Origin: Diadema antillarum
Lineage: Eukaryota
Length of the DNA stretch: 64,000 bases
Assembly (NCBI RefSeq): GCF_040938485.1
Contig: NW_027270938.1
Coordinates: 2,356,001 to 2,420,000, forward strand
Direction: 5' to 3'
Shown: positions 25,301-37,924 of the stretch, in pieces
How the letters are laid out: every line of letters begins with the position of its first letter
Numbering within the stretch: the first letter of the stretch is position 1
Program-made: the position numbers and the translations under genes
Notes under the pieces: model-generated
Databases searched by the model: none
Told to the model about the DNA's origin: nothing
Seen by the model: only the letters and a program-made list of their open reading frames with translations

Positions 25301-26727
25301 CAGTAAGTTTAGTAATGAGCTCTTAAAGTTTTATTTCAACCATTTAAAGTCAGCCATTAACAGAGTTTGCTATTGTCTTGGACAAGTTTAGTATGAAACT
25401 CCCATATTCTTGTAATATTTGCAGGCGTGTTGATGTATTCACCTCCCTCTACATTCTTACTTGAAGATGATGGAATATGTTTGGCCATAAATCTTTCGTC
25501 ATCCATCTGCACCAAATGAGCGAACCACCTACACATTGTATTCAAGCATTGTAGTATGGTGCTTGACAAAAAGCTGTCACTTCTTCTCTCACAGGGCAAG
25601 ATGGTGAAGGGTATGGGCGGGGCCATGGACCTGGTATCATCCCCCGGAACCAAGGTGGTGGTCACCATGGAGCACTCAGCCAAGGGGGGCAAGCCTAAGA
25701 TCATGTCCGAGTGTACCTTGCCCCTGACTGGGACGAGGTGTGTGGACAGGCTCATCACAGAAATGGTGAGTTTGCATTCTTAGCGTGAGTCTCTCAGCTC
25801 AGTGGCGGATCCAGGGAGGACCACACCAGGCACACGCCCCCCCCCTTTATATTTTTGTCGTAACAAAAGAAATGCAAAGAAAAAAATGGGGGGAGGGATG
25901 CGTGCGCCCCCCTTTAATTTTGTAAATGGGCCCCTCTTTACGGAATTCCTGGATCCACCCCTGCAGCTGGTAAGGCTTATGCAGCAATGTGTAACCTACT
26001 ACAGCTTTCTGGTTTTGTTTTAACTTTTTATCATATTGATGTATTTATACTTCAATACCTCTTGCCAAGATCCTGTGTTTTATGTTGTCCATTGGTATTA
26101 TGATGTTGAACCTCTCTCTGTGAAGCTTCAGTGTCCCCAATGTCTTATTCTTGAAGTAGGATGGGTAGAAATACTGTGAAGAATGGAATTGATCCAAATT
26201 GACTCTAATACAACTGTTTGGATTTGGATGCTACATTCAGTGTAAAGCTTCATTGTGTGGGCCTGTCTTACGTGAAAGTTGCCTTTTGCCAGTTCTGTTG
26301 TAAAATTTCCTGCAATTAGAACAAGGTATGTGTTTCCAGTAGTAGCAATTTATAAATTGCATTGGACATGGAGGTTATTACTGTGTTTCTCTTTCGGATA
26401 TATGAAGTGAAACCATGCCACATTATCAATTATAATTTTTTGTGGTCAATTTTGTATCGCCTATATTGCATTTGACTTGGAACCAAGGATATTTCCGTAA
26501 TTGAAGTCTGACTGGGCCAAGTAAGAAGTGAATGTCTGAAGTCTGTAGGGATTCTTGTAGAAACCTCTTTTTTGTTTGTCTTGTTTTAGGGCGTGTTTGA
26601 CATCGACAAGGAGAAGGGGATGACGCTGATCGAAATCGCCGATGGAGTCACAGTGGAGGACATCGTGGAGCACACTGAATGCGAGTTTGAGGTGGCTGAA
26701 GACCTCAAGCCCATGGCACAGAGTTGA
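13354..26727 (+). CDS. OXCT1: Succinyl-CoA:3-ketoacid CoA transferase, mitochondrial (SCOT), 526 aa
   Basis: 13 exons: 13354-13452, 14436-14544, 15141-15231, 15946-16081, 19251-19400, 20760-20927, 21748-21855, 22283-22400, 23116-23210, 23857-23978, 24842-24917, 25595-25765, 26590-26727. Total 1581 nt, open frame to TGA. Exon 1 encodes an Arg-rich transit-peptide-like [19 protein letters not shown]. Motifs [25 protein letters not shown], catalytic [14 protein letters not shown]. Confidence 0.97.
16228..18333. mobile_element. Non-autonomous Sola2-like DNA transposon (2106 bp) in OXCT1 intron 4
   Basis: Perfect 17-bp TIR GGGCAAGTCCAAGATAA, 4-bp TSD ATAG (16224-16227, 18334-18337), GRG..CYC termini. 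Eight copies of TGTCCCATACGTAAC, an internal ~200-bp direct repeat (about 17490-17700 and 17720-17915), and no transposase ORF. Confidence 0.8.
18807..19040. mobile_element. hAT-like MITE
   Basis: TIR CAGGGCCTGAC / GTCAAGCCCTG; no clean 8-bp TSD seen. Confidence 0.45.
22401..23115 (+). other. U12-type (minor spliceosome) GT-AG intron, OXCT1 intron 8
   Basis: 5' splice site GTATCCTTTG at 22401 matches the U12 consensus RTATCCTTT. Branch-point-like TCCTTGAT at 23091-23098 lies 18 nt from the AG at 23114-23115, and the polypyrimidine tract is short. Confidence 0.9.
23619..23703. mobile_element. piggyBac-like ~85-bp MITE, copy 1
   Basis: TTAA|CCCGTTGAAGAC...AATGGG|CTAA. Confidence 0.65.
24184..24268. 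mobile_element. piggyBac-like ~85-bp MITE, copy 2 (inverted relative to copies 1 and 3)
   Basis: TTAA|CCCGTTGAGGAC...CAATGGG|TTAA; its reverse complement aligns with the other copies. Confidence 0.75.
24296..24380. mobile_element. piggyBac-like ~85-bp MITE, copy 3
   Basis: TTAA|CCCGTTGAGGATGAG...CCTCAATGGG|TTAA. Confidence 0.75.
25800..25963. mobile_element. Harbinger-like MITE (CAGTGGCGGATCC termini)
   Basis: CAGTGGCGGATCCAG...CTGGATCCACCCCTG; related copy at 56110-56272. Confidence 0.65.
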
Positions 26728-29700
26728 GGGGTGTGACGATAACCCCCCGGGGGATATTACCTCCAAAGAAACTTTGCTGCATTTCATCATCAGGTGAAGG
26801 GTCAATGGTGTTGGTGTGAAATCAGAGAGAGGAGAAAACAGAGAGGAGGGAACAGGTGTTTTGATGTATACTACTGTAATGACTGCTTTTATTGTCATTT
26901 GGTGTACATGTTCACTGTATTCCACTTTGGTGTGTACATGTCAGTGCCACATCAATCATCCGTGATCAGGGAAAGCCTCGTACCCCAGCCACTTGGACCA
27001 TTTTGTGCTCATAAATCATTAGCCTTCCCCACTGAGATGTGTTGATATCAATGAAAAGGCTGTTCCCTGGAAGGTTTTCAAAAATTTGTGCCCATCACCT
27101 ACAAAATGGCTGTTTATAGTCTGTGCTGAAATGCTGCCATTTGGAGTTTGGAGAGGTTTTTTTTTTTCTTTTTTTTTTCTGCCAAAGCCTGGACATAAGT
27201 ATTTACAACCAAGGTGTGTGTGGCTTTTGCCAATGTTGACATGAATATTTTGAGCAAGGCTTTGTGTGTTACTGGATTGCTACATCACTTTTGTTAGATA
27301 TGACTTTTCAGATGAGATTTGTCCCATTAAATACAGCTTCATACCATTGATCTTGGAATTGTGGGTATTCCTAATGACATAAGGGATGTATGGTAGTAGT
27401 GATTCATAGTAATCTGAGCTCTTGTTTGTATGACTTCATTTGATAGGATTTTTGTTTGTTCTTTTTATTTGAAGATGAACAATAACGGTGCTAGAGAAAT
27501 GTGTAGCAGTGAAATTGCATTTCAGGCCTGCTGTTTTCCCTTTGTCATTTCTATGTATATGATGGGACTATTGATAATGTTGAAAAATGCCAGTTACTAG
27601 AAAAATACAATGAAAACCAAGAAGCATGTTTTCACGTTTCACAAATGAATAACAGTCAATTCTTATCAATTGCTGAAAAGTGGACCTTTGGCTGTGTGCT
27701 GTGTGCTGTAGAATATTCATTTATTCAGTCTAACATTGAATTGAGTTTCACTTTTAAATTCTTCGTGATAAGCGTATCAAAAATTTTTATTCAAAGAATT
27801 GAGAGTGGCTATGGTTTTCTTGGGGTTTTTTTTTTTTCTGTGGTGGGAATAACCTTGAAACCATGCTTGTTTCACAGCTGTTGATAAAAAAATTCAACAA
27901 GAAATCCACAATGAGATTTAACTCATTATCATCTGGGAAATATTTTAATATTAGGCCTAATGTTTAAGTTTGTAAATGAAGTCATCAACACCGTTTTTAA
28001 CATTGAATTCTAACACCAAATACTTGTCATTGCAAGTGCACAAAGTAGAATCCAGTTTTTTTAATAATATCAGTGGACAGCAATATGGTGGATTTTCTTA
28101 GTTGTGAAAGAAAAAGAAAAAAGCATATCTTCCAGCGAAGTTAGAGACTAGATAAACTTATGAAAAAAGAAACAACAACAACCCAAAACAAGCAAATTAT
28201 TCTGTATTTGCAAGGAGTAAGAGAGGTATTTTTGTCAGGGTATTTCTATATATGAGATACATAAGGATTAGAGCTAGCTAAACAAATTAGATATTATGTT
28301 TACATGGTCACAAGTTATATCAATAGACTAATTATCACTTGCCCCAAGCCTTACAGATTTAATCAGCATCTTCCATGAGCACAAGTTGAAGAGAGCTATA
28401 TGAAGGGCTAAAAGTCTTGTGTAGATTGTTGATAATTTATAATTGAGATTATTACTTTGCCACGTGCATAAAGAGAGGCAGCAAAACTTTTTCATACGGT
28501 ACAGCTGAAAGCAAAATTATGAAGCATGTGCATATTGTGATCATGGTTTTCTATCTCTGTACTATGTGTACATTATCTTTTTGAAGCTAAATTATGTCAT
28601 TTCTGTCAATTTTATGACCTCATAATGATGGATCTGTGATTGTGAATGGGAGGGTATTTTTAAAAGATGCTACCGAATCAAAGAGCAGATGTTCCGAATA
28701 TGTTGAAGAAAGGGTCACAAGTGTGGTGTAATAGGAAATGAGTTAATGTGGGAGAATATCTTGTTCTGGATGTGATTGCCAATATCTGCAAAGGGTGTGA
28801 CAGTTTGCAGTGAGTGGTTCGGCGTATATAACACTGAAGAGCAATGTCCAACTGAGTCACAATTATCAACTTTACAAAGAGATGATAAAATCATACAAAC
28901 TTTGCCCTAAATGTGGTCACAACTGTCTGAAAAGAGTGTGATATTGTGCAAGTATACAGCATCATTTGCAATTACTGTTCTTGTTCCCAGTGTATCCCAA
29001 CAAATATTTTGAGATGTGTTTATTTTTCATCATATCACAGTATTTTGTACCTAAATCAATGTGTTTTGTGCCTATTTCAACCATGCATGCCAATCTCATC
29101 TTGACCAAGTTGTGTTAAATTCGAGTTTTATTCCAAGAACATTTCAGTCAAACGTAGGGACTGTGTCATCAGGACCAGTGACTGTCGTCAGTCCATTCAG
29201 TATAGATATAGACACTACAAAATTTAATAAAAGGATGTGATATTGAATTGCACTTTGCAGGCGATAGATGCATATGCATATTTGATCGACCAGAGAGAGG
29301 AGTCCCAAGTAATCAGAGACTACTGTACTACAGAGTTTGTCGCAGTCAGAACTTAAAATGAATGTACAGTATTTATTGATTATCTAACTCTATTATGAAT
29401 GATCCAGATAAGTATGAGGTAACTTTGTTTGGCTGAATAATTGAGGAGACCTCTCTAACAAGAAATATCATCATCATTACCGGCATCTGTTGCATAGTCT
29501 GTAGGACTGAATGTTTCATTGCGCTTTCTTCATCATGCAAAGCATGACTGTGTATGTTTGTTTCTTAGTGTGGAATGAATATAGTGCCTGCGCCATGGAC
29601 AACATGTAATGCACAATACCCATGTACACTTTGTATTCATATTGTGTCATACTGCTGTGCAGGTTTTTGTTTTTTTTCTCTCTCTTCTTCTTCTTCTTCT

Positions 29701-31075
29701 TCTTCGGAGTTTGGCAAAGTGATAAGCATCTAAGATTGCTGATATTTTATGGATAAAATTTATATACATTGTTGCAGCATAGGCGTAATAAATTTCAATC
29801 ACAACTGGCAGTATTGAGTATCAAGTAATGCTTCATTTGAGAGATATACACCTGTATATAATATATACAAACACCTCCCAACCCTCTTCAGGTGCACTGT
29901 AGACGATACGGAAACTTTAATACATGTACATACAGATCTATCTGTACATGACAGTACAGTGCAAGGGACGTATGGAGGCATCTATGCACTGCACTGTAGA
30001 CAGTAAACATGTACAAGCTTACAAATTTTGAAAGATTTGTTAGTACATGTACATAGCAGTGCAGTGCAATATGGGGGAATCTTTGTAATTTGTTTGACCA
30101 AACAACTGCTGCAGAACTTGGATATTTAGAACCAGTCATTAACATGAACAGTTTAATCCAGATTTGCTGATGTTGTTTGTTTAACTCTGGGTGAAAATCA
30201 CTCACAGGACCATTATGAATTTGGGGACACATGTTATGGGGGAGAGTGGAGTGTGTGTGTGTGTGGGGGGGGGGGATGGTGCTTCTCAAATTTAGCCTAG
30301 CTGGTCAAGTTTTTGCTGTTTTTCAAGGTACATGTAGCATCATTTCATATGAGATTTTGTGAGTGCGATATTGATATGAGATTTCATGAACACAATGTCA
30401 TGTTTGTCATGTTTCTTACATGGCAACCAAGTATTAAAGTATACAGATTGTGTGTGGTTTATCTTAGTAGGCACAGATATCTTGTGGGATTTTCTTGTCT
30501 CTCGGTGTAGTGGTTAGGAAATACATGGGCATGTGCAGAAACTTTGTTTTACTCTCTAACTTACACACAATGTGATGTGTGTTTATAGTGCATCCCATAT
30601 CATGGTACAGAATGTCATACATGCAGTTCTGAACAAGACCTTTAAAATTCAAGAAGACACGAAATTATGGTTTTCCATTTTCATTTTTTTTAAAGTTTAC
30701 AGCCTCTATCAGTACACACTGGCTCACAAAAATTTCATTCAAATCGAGCTGGATTGATTGACATATTGATTTCTATTATTGCATGATATTATTGCATGAT
30801 ACTGTTGCATGATCAAAATATTAGTTGCATTATTGAATTTGCAACAATCCTTGCTGATTGAATCATGACACATCTGCAGCTGCTGAACATCCTTCTTATT
30901 TGTTATCATGCAGTACACAGTAGTACAATGTGTTTTTCTGAAATAGTGTACTTTTGTATTCACTCTGGACTTCATGAGCCAACATATTTTTGGGTTTTTG
31001 CCTCTGTCTCTTCATTTCGTGGGCTTGCATCCATTATGTTTGATGCATGTATGATAAATGTCTGTCATGAAGTGG

Positions 31076-31081
31076 AATAAA
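31076..31081 (+). terminator. Candidate OXCT1 polyadenylation signal
   Basis: AATAAA followed by a GT/T-rich element (TGGTGTTGTTTATTTGTTTTG); implies a 3'UTR of about 4.4 kb. Confidence 0.5.
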
Positions 31082-31338
31082 CAGGTTATCACTGAATTGG
31101 TGTTGTTTATTTGTTTTGCCTTGTTATTCATGTACTTTCACAGCGGGGCACAAGAGCACAACATTGAAAAAGAATTGGAAGAAAAAATAAAAGGGATATT
31201 CATAACAACAAGAGGAGAAAAATAAACATGCTTGACTATGAAGTCCCAGTAGAAGCACACCAGAATTACCCCCAAGAAGTAAATTCCACGTATCACTCAA
31301 ATAAAAAACAAAACAAAACACATCGTCTACAATCAATC

Positions 31339-31344
31339 TTTATT
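31339..31344 (-). terminator. Candidate polyadenylation signal of the alpha/beta-hydrolase gene
   Basis: Minus-strand AATAAA followed about 20 nt later by TGTGTTTTGTTTTGTTTTTT. Confidence 0.5.
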
Positions 31345-31837
31345 CATCATCTGACAAAACCAAACATATCCACATACATTCCACAATAATTGGCTGTGGT
31401 ACGATTTTGTGCATGGTTATGAAAGGTATGCTGATAAAAGTCTAGGAGCTATTGCACATCACTATTTTTTTTTTCTTTTTGGTATTCCTTCAAGTAAGTA
31501 AGAATTAGCTTCATGCAGTACATTATAAGACTTCACAATACATTGTATATTGCCTCTCAGTTTGTGTAGCACATACGTTACATGGTATGATAAATGTACA
31601 TTACACTTGTAAAGCACACTGCGTATTTATAATACACTCCAGTCCTTTGAAAGACCCAATAATTATCTATTGCATCACTCACCATTAAATTGATTTGTTC
31701 TCGACGTCAAGTGCACTCTACATTACATAAACATTCCATGCACGTGATATAGGATACTTCAAAGCGATGTATAATATCCAGGAGAAAAGACGTGTTTGCT
31801 GTAATTACGGTAATTTTCAAATGAAGACAGGTAAAAA

Positions 31838-32008
31838 TAACAAGGCCGGGCTATTTAGGTAGATGATAGAGCGGAGGGGGCTCCCAGCGCCCCCCCCCCC
31901 CCCCCTACCAGATCTCGGCCGTCGATCATGTGATCACGATGAAAATCAGCACACACACTGCCTATGATGTTACCTAAAAAATTGTAAAGTTTATCCCCCC
32001 CCCCAAAA

Positions 32009-32042
<34 letters not shown>

Positions 32043-32534
32043 TATGTATATATATCTTTTATGCTAAATTCTGTTAATTTATGCATAGTGATGCGTGAAA
32101 TCAGACTATTTGCTATAAATTACTAAATAAAGCTCAAAACAGGCACATTTGTTTAAGTGTAAATATTCTTTCTAGTGTCCTTAGCAAATGAAAGTTAAAA
32201 AAAAATGGGAATCAAGTATTTTGTGTTTTAATTTCTTTTTTTTTTTTGGTGACTTTTTTTTTGTTTTTGCTGTTTTGTTTTTTAATGAAATTTGTTCCCG
32301 AAATGGTTTTAAACATGAAAATAATGTTATTAATTGAATTTTAACAATAAAAAAAATCATGCTTTTATGAAATTTGACTGCACGCACAATTTGCATTGAA
32401 ATTGAACAAGAATTTACGGGGTTTTTGTGAGCAATTTTAGGTCTGACAGTACACTTTTATGCGTATCTTAGGAACCGCGTGCAGGGGCGGCGTCGCAAAT
32501 TTTGTGTCAAAAGATACCCGGTCTAGATAGGGTT
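31838..32534. mobile_element. Degenerate piggyBac-like non-autonomous element
   Basis: Left end AAGGCCGGGCTATTT with CAGATCTCGGCCGTCGATC; right end CCCGGTCTAGATAGGGTT; TTAA ends are decayed. Confidence 0.4.
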
Positions 32535-33504
32535 CAGGAAAATGATTTGCCAACGGCTACGGTGAATGATTCCTCTTCAAACAAGAATTGTTACAATATT
32601 GTGAACATTTTCACTTTATCATCACTAAAAACAAAGCCTTTATATCCAAGTAAATCAAGATATTGTAATTTTTGGTCCAACGCCCGGTAATGGCTGCACT
32701 TGTAACCCCTCTTGATGCACGATGGCCGTCGGCATCAGCATAAAATCATTGCACATGACGTTATTTCCTCAACAATTTCTGTAATGTTGTGGTGCAATTT
32801 GATATAACAACTACCGCCAGATGCTGCTTGGCAAGCAAGAACTGCACCAAAACATAAGAAAACAAAACTAAGCTCATCCAGCCCGCATATTTCTCTGCTT
32901 GTTGTTCTCAATAATTGATAGGGGTTATAAAACAATAGACCTCGTGCAATGGGTCGGATCATTCGGTCGCGTCAGCAGTACAGTATTACGTTATTTTCTT
33001 CGTTCAAAATCATCAAGTTTAGAAGTCAAGGTTATATACTACGAAGTGATTGTGCTATCACGCATCGCTCCTGTTATCTCTGAAGCCGCAGAAAATGCAA
33101 CCATACAATGTAATATAATTATATACATATATGGGGTATATATGTACCATCTATTTGTGTATATGCATGCAACAGACAGCGTTATATGACAGTAATGCAC
33201 CATCATTGTTTTTATACCCATATGGAAGAGAGCCTAATCTAGGCAGAGAAAGACCAAACGATGCAGCAATATCAATTAAAAAAAGTCTTCTTAGAGGAAG
33301 CAACGTTTTTGATTTGACGTAATTGTCAAACGAAACCATTACTTCTCCCCCTCTTCGCTTGTCGCCTTAACTTAATAATGTGCTTCGTTTTAGGCAAGGT
33401 TAATGTCTCGACTTGACATTCTAAATGTAGATGAATATACGTATGCATAATATGACAAGCTTCTCATGCAGCAAATAAGCTCTCAGACGCTCAACAATAA
33501 TAGT

Positions 33505-36500
33505 TCATCCACCCAGCATAATGCTCTCTACGAAATCCCAGCAGAGCTTTTCACCATCACTGGGGGACCAGCCTCTTTTCCCGCGCCCTAAAAAGTAGTA
33601 CCACGGCCGTCCGAACTTGGAGACCATGGAGAGATGATTACAGTTGTCGAGGTACTTCCACTGCACCTCGAACCCGTTGCTGGCCAGGACGTCGTGCATC
33701 TTGGCGGAGTCGGCGATCATGAACTGGAAGTCGCGCTCGGCACTCATAATGAGGAAGCGCGGCTTGTGGGCGGTGGTGGTCGCGTAGGTGATCGGAGACA
33801 GCCGGATCCAGTCCGCCGGGTTCGTCCCGAAGGCCGGGGTGAGGTACACGTGTCGCTTGAGACCTTGAGTGAGTGAATCGAGGTCGTGTACGGCTGATAA
33901 AGTGATGACGCCCTGTCAGAATGGAGAAAATGAGATATTTTCGTTTGTTTAGAATCAATCATACCTGTACATCGACAAGCAAATACAGTACACTGTATGT
34001 ATATCTGCTCTTCTCTCTGGTCAAACGTAGGCACCCTACTTGTTTACCAACTTCAGGGTGAGGTGAAAATACGGTTTGACATCTTGCCGGTCGCAAAATT
34101 TGACGATCACGAGAATGAGCGAAGAGCCATTAATATTTATTATTGCCCAACTCACAATAAAAACAGTACTCGTGCCTTGAGACTCATACATGTTGTATGT
34201 TGTGTGAAACTCGTCACAGAAAAACGCTTTGTCATTACCAATCAATCGTACTATGTAGGTCTACAATGTACATGTACATGATTTGTTGGTTTATAATGCT
34301 AATTGTGTCATACGACACTATGTGTGTATGTATGTGCTTGGAGAACGAGTTGTGTGTTTGTCTTTTTTTTCTTGTGAGTGTGTATATGAGGAGAGAGAGA
34401 GAAAAGGAGAGAGAAACCGTTGCCTTGTATATTTAGAACGATGGTGTTCAATTAGTGTTGAGAACGAAGTTTCATTACGACTGGACACACTGTCATTGTT
34501 CATGATATTGGGTGCATGTTTTCAATCTCCATTCATCGAATCACAATCATCTAAAGGCAATTAACAAGTTTTCTACACGAAATGACAAACACTCACAAGC
34601 GTTCTCCTAGCCCAAGTCAACCAAATAAAAAGCTAGAAGTTCGTATAAATGTCCTATCGAAATAATTAATATACATAGACATGCATCTACACAGCCAATA
34701 GAAAAAAAAGAAGAAATGCAATGTAACCTCCAATCCATGTCGTCTCTTGTTGTAGACATCGGCATAAAGGAAGTTGCAAAAAAGGCATTCGAAAAAAAAA
34801 AATCCAAATGGGCATTAAAAAAAGCTTAAATTACAGTCAACCTGCCCTACAACTTTAATCGACTTCGCATAAGTCGACGAAAAAGTTCGACCCATGCAAA
34901 TAAAAAACAACAAACAAAAACAGTTCTCAAGTCTAAAACTCAGTACAAGTAGAATGATTTTCTCTGGTCCCTTTGGATTCGAATTGGGGAGGTTGACTGT
35001 ATTTTACCGCTGCATATGAAAAGCTGGATTTGAATTCCCAGCATATTTATTAGAGGCATACTTAATATTTATGAAAATAAAAAAAAACATTCAAAACTAT
35101 TTCGTGAGGACATTATAATTCTAATTCATTGTATTATGTACTATAGATTTGAAGTCAACACCCGTATCAGGAGGAGAAGAGAAATAATTTACTTTTTATT
35201 TCTTAACACGCGCAAAGACAAAATGATTCTACTTCTTTCAGTCAACATGGACTGAACTTTGGTGAAGGGAATTTATCCTCAAATTTGAAGAGCAGAAATC
35301 AAGTACTTTGTATGAGCAGCTTTTATCTAAAGTAAATTTACAAACTGGGTTCATGATCTGGTTACCTTAATGATATCTTGGGGAAGACCGACGCTTGACA
35401 GATAACGATTGTCGAGAGCAACAAGCGACATAAGATGACCTCCGGCTGAATGCCCAACCAGGACAATAGAGGTGGGGTCAAACTGACCACTTGACCGGCC
35501 GTAATCCGCTAGCCACCTGAGAGAACGAGCTATGCATTTGGCCTGCGTTTCGGCAGAATCTGCCGACATACACGAACCACCGCCTCCTTCCCTCGACTGC
35601 CGGATGGTCGAAGCTTGGTAGCGGTACGTCAGAAACTGGACAAACGCGGTGAGACAAGCAGAAAGGGTGATGATACAGACTTCGGCGTAAACGTATCGGG
35701 TGATTCCAAGGACGAGAGGCGGGAATGAGACTCCTAGTCCAAGGATGGTGTAATACCAGCCCGAAAGTATGTTGACGTTGCCTGGTACATTTGCGCAAGG
35801 AGATCCTTTCGTGCCGAGATGTCGTTCTCGCCAAATGATGACAGTTAACGTTAGCAACTGAGACAGAAGCATAACCGTAGAGGCCAGGGTTAGGAACGGG
35901 TGATCAAGATAATGTTGAATGCTGTTCCAGATTAGATACGATACTGAGAAAGAGAAGGCGGGCATTGATACTACATCCACGCCAATAAGGAGCAGCGTTA
36001 CCATGGCGATTGTAAAGATGACAGTCATTAGGAACGAAGAGACAATCTCTACAATGTTGATGGGGAAGGGAGTTGGAACGAGAGGATAGGAGAGCACCGC
36101 ACAGTGCATACCACGACTCGCGAAACTTTCCCCGACGTTGTCATAGAAACGCTGCCTCCCAACGGTGGCTGCCAACGCGAAGTTGACATCCCAGCGAGAG
36201 AGGTAGTGGCGCCAGGTTTGCTTGTCTCCGCGGCGCCATCCACCTCCGTAGGCGAAGACTACCAACGCCGAGGGCGATTCGGCCGATGAGGAGGAGCTAG
36301 AGCCAGCTTCCAGTGCAGTCTGGACTTGGAGCAGGTTTGATACTTCTTCTTTAGGTCTGCGACCTTCGAATTCTGGAAAATCGTCAGCGGCCGCTCCTTC
36401 ACGGGGATGAAGCTGGCGCTGGCGGTGATGGATATGAAGATGACTAGCTAACTTGCTAGCTTCCTGATACGAAATATAACCGTTTGAAATGGTCTCTGGG

Positions 36501-36688
36501 GCCTTGGTGTCATCGTCCCCGTGACAGCGGGAACATTTTCGTGTGTCTGATTTCGGCGTCGGCAAAAATAGGTCAAGGCAAGTTTTGCTCACGATATGTA
36601 CCCTCTGTGGGGGCAAGTCCCCACAATCTCTCAACGATTTGGTGTAGTCGATGTCCCTGATCACTTTGTAGCCAACAGAATCCGACAT
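33505..36688 (-). CDS. Alpha/beta-hydrolase (AFMID / isoprenylcysteine methylesterase / BD-FAE-like) with internal multi-pass hydrophobic insertion, 576 aa
   Basis: Exons 35366-36688 (441 codons, AAG|GTAACC) and 33505-33912 (ttctgacag|GGC, to TGA), phase 0. Oxyanion motif VFAYGGGWRRGDK, nucleophile elbow LVGHSAGGHL, candidate Asp (SAERD) and His (CNHLSM). Confidence 0.88.
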
Positions 36689-37532
36689 GGTCTTCCCATC
36701 AATAAGGCATTTGCATCACAATCACACTTACACAGCAATTCGTATCTTTACTCTATTGTGTGCTTTATCTATTCGAAATCGGGCGTGTACATCATTGTAC
36801 GATATACCGGTACATATTATATCATCAGTATTCACGTTACGCTTATCTTCCCCGACTGCTCGCTCGCTTCAGTACATAATGTGTAGAATTTACATAATGC
36901 CACAGACAGCTGCGGGATAATGATCGTCCAACCACAACGCAGATATATGCCGGTACAGTATAGTTTGCATGTCGCTATCATTATCGCCGTATTTAGTATA
37001 CTCAGGGAGGTGTATACTCACTCACTCATACCCGCATGTTACAGTACGTCGCCGCTTTATCGTTCATTGTTTATCAGTTCTAGTACCGTGGATCCAAGGC
37101 ACGATTGTCCACACAATGCCGGTGTGGTAATTGTAGTAAACTGTGTTGCCAGAGAGCGTTCAAAGCTTGTCAACAGCAAGACAACGTGCTTACAATACTG
37201 TACACCCAAGGAGGTACATGGTACATCTGCAGTGCACGTGCAATATCGGCGTTCAACCCATATGACACAAGGAGCCTGCGATGCGGTGACGCATGTAAAT
37301 TTCCTGCGGTAATTACACACAACGCATGTCTCAACGGCTCACTGTATACTAGTAGCTGCCCCAATATCTCTCTCCCCTTTGCCCTGGTGATCTGAAACTG
37401 CCATCGTTCTCGACATCTCCCTCTCGAGGTTTCTCGCCTTGTATTCTCATGAGTATAGGCCCTATCATCTAAATAGCCTTTGAACAGTAACAGCGGCGGA
37501 CAATGCAGGCCTGTACCATTGTGTACTATAGC

Positions 37533-37534
<2 letters not shown>

Positions 37535-37592
<58 letters not shown>
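37535..37592. repeat. (TA)n microsatellite
   Basis: Pure AT dinucleotide run. Confidence 0.95.
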
Positions 37593-37595
<3 letters not shown>

Positions 37596-37780
37596 TAACA
37601 AAGCTGCAACAAAGTTCATGCTGTATTCACCAACGGTTTATTTCTTCACACAAATTTTCGAGCGTCTATTATTTACGCTATTATTTTTTACGTCTATTAT
37701 TATATACGCTCGAAAATTTGTGTGAAGAAATAAACCGTTGTTGAATACAGCATGAACTTTGTTGCAGCTTTGTTACTTAT
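37591..37780. repeat. Inverted repeat, 75-bp arms, 40-bp spacer
   Basis: 37591-37665 is the reverse complement of 37706-37780 with one mismatch. Confidence 0.9.
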
Positions 37781-37796
37781 CTTTTTATCTTGCCAA

Positions 37797-37924
37797 NNNN
37801 NNNNNNNNNNNNNNNNNNNNNNNNNNNNNNNNNNNNNNNNNNNNNNNNNNNNNNNNNNNNNNNNNNNNNNNNNNNNNNNNNNNNNNNNNNNNNNNNNNNN
37901 NNNNNNNNNNNNNNNNNNNNNNNN
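37797..37924. other. Assembly gap (128 N)
   Basis: Run of N. Confidence 1.

Noticed and set aside
32690-33340. Possible MITE with GTAATGG termini
   Set aside because: The terminal match is only about 7 bp with no TSD, so it could not be supported.
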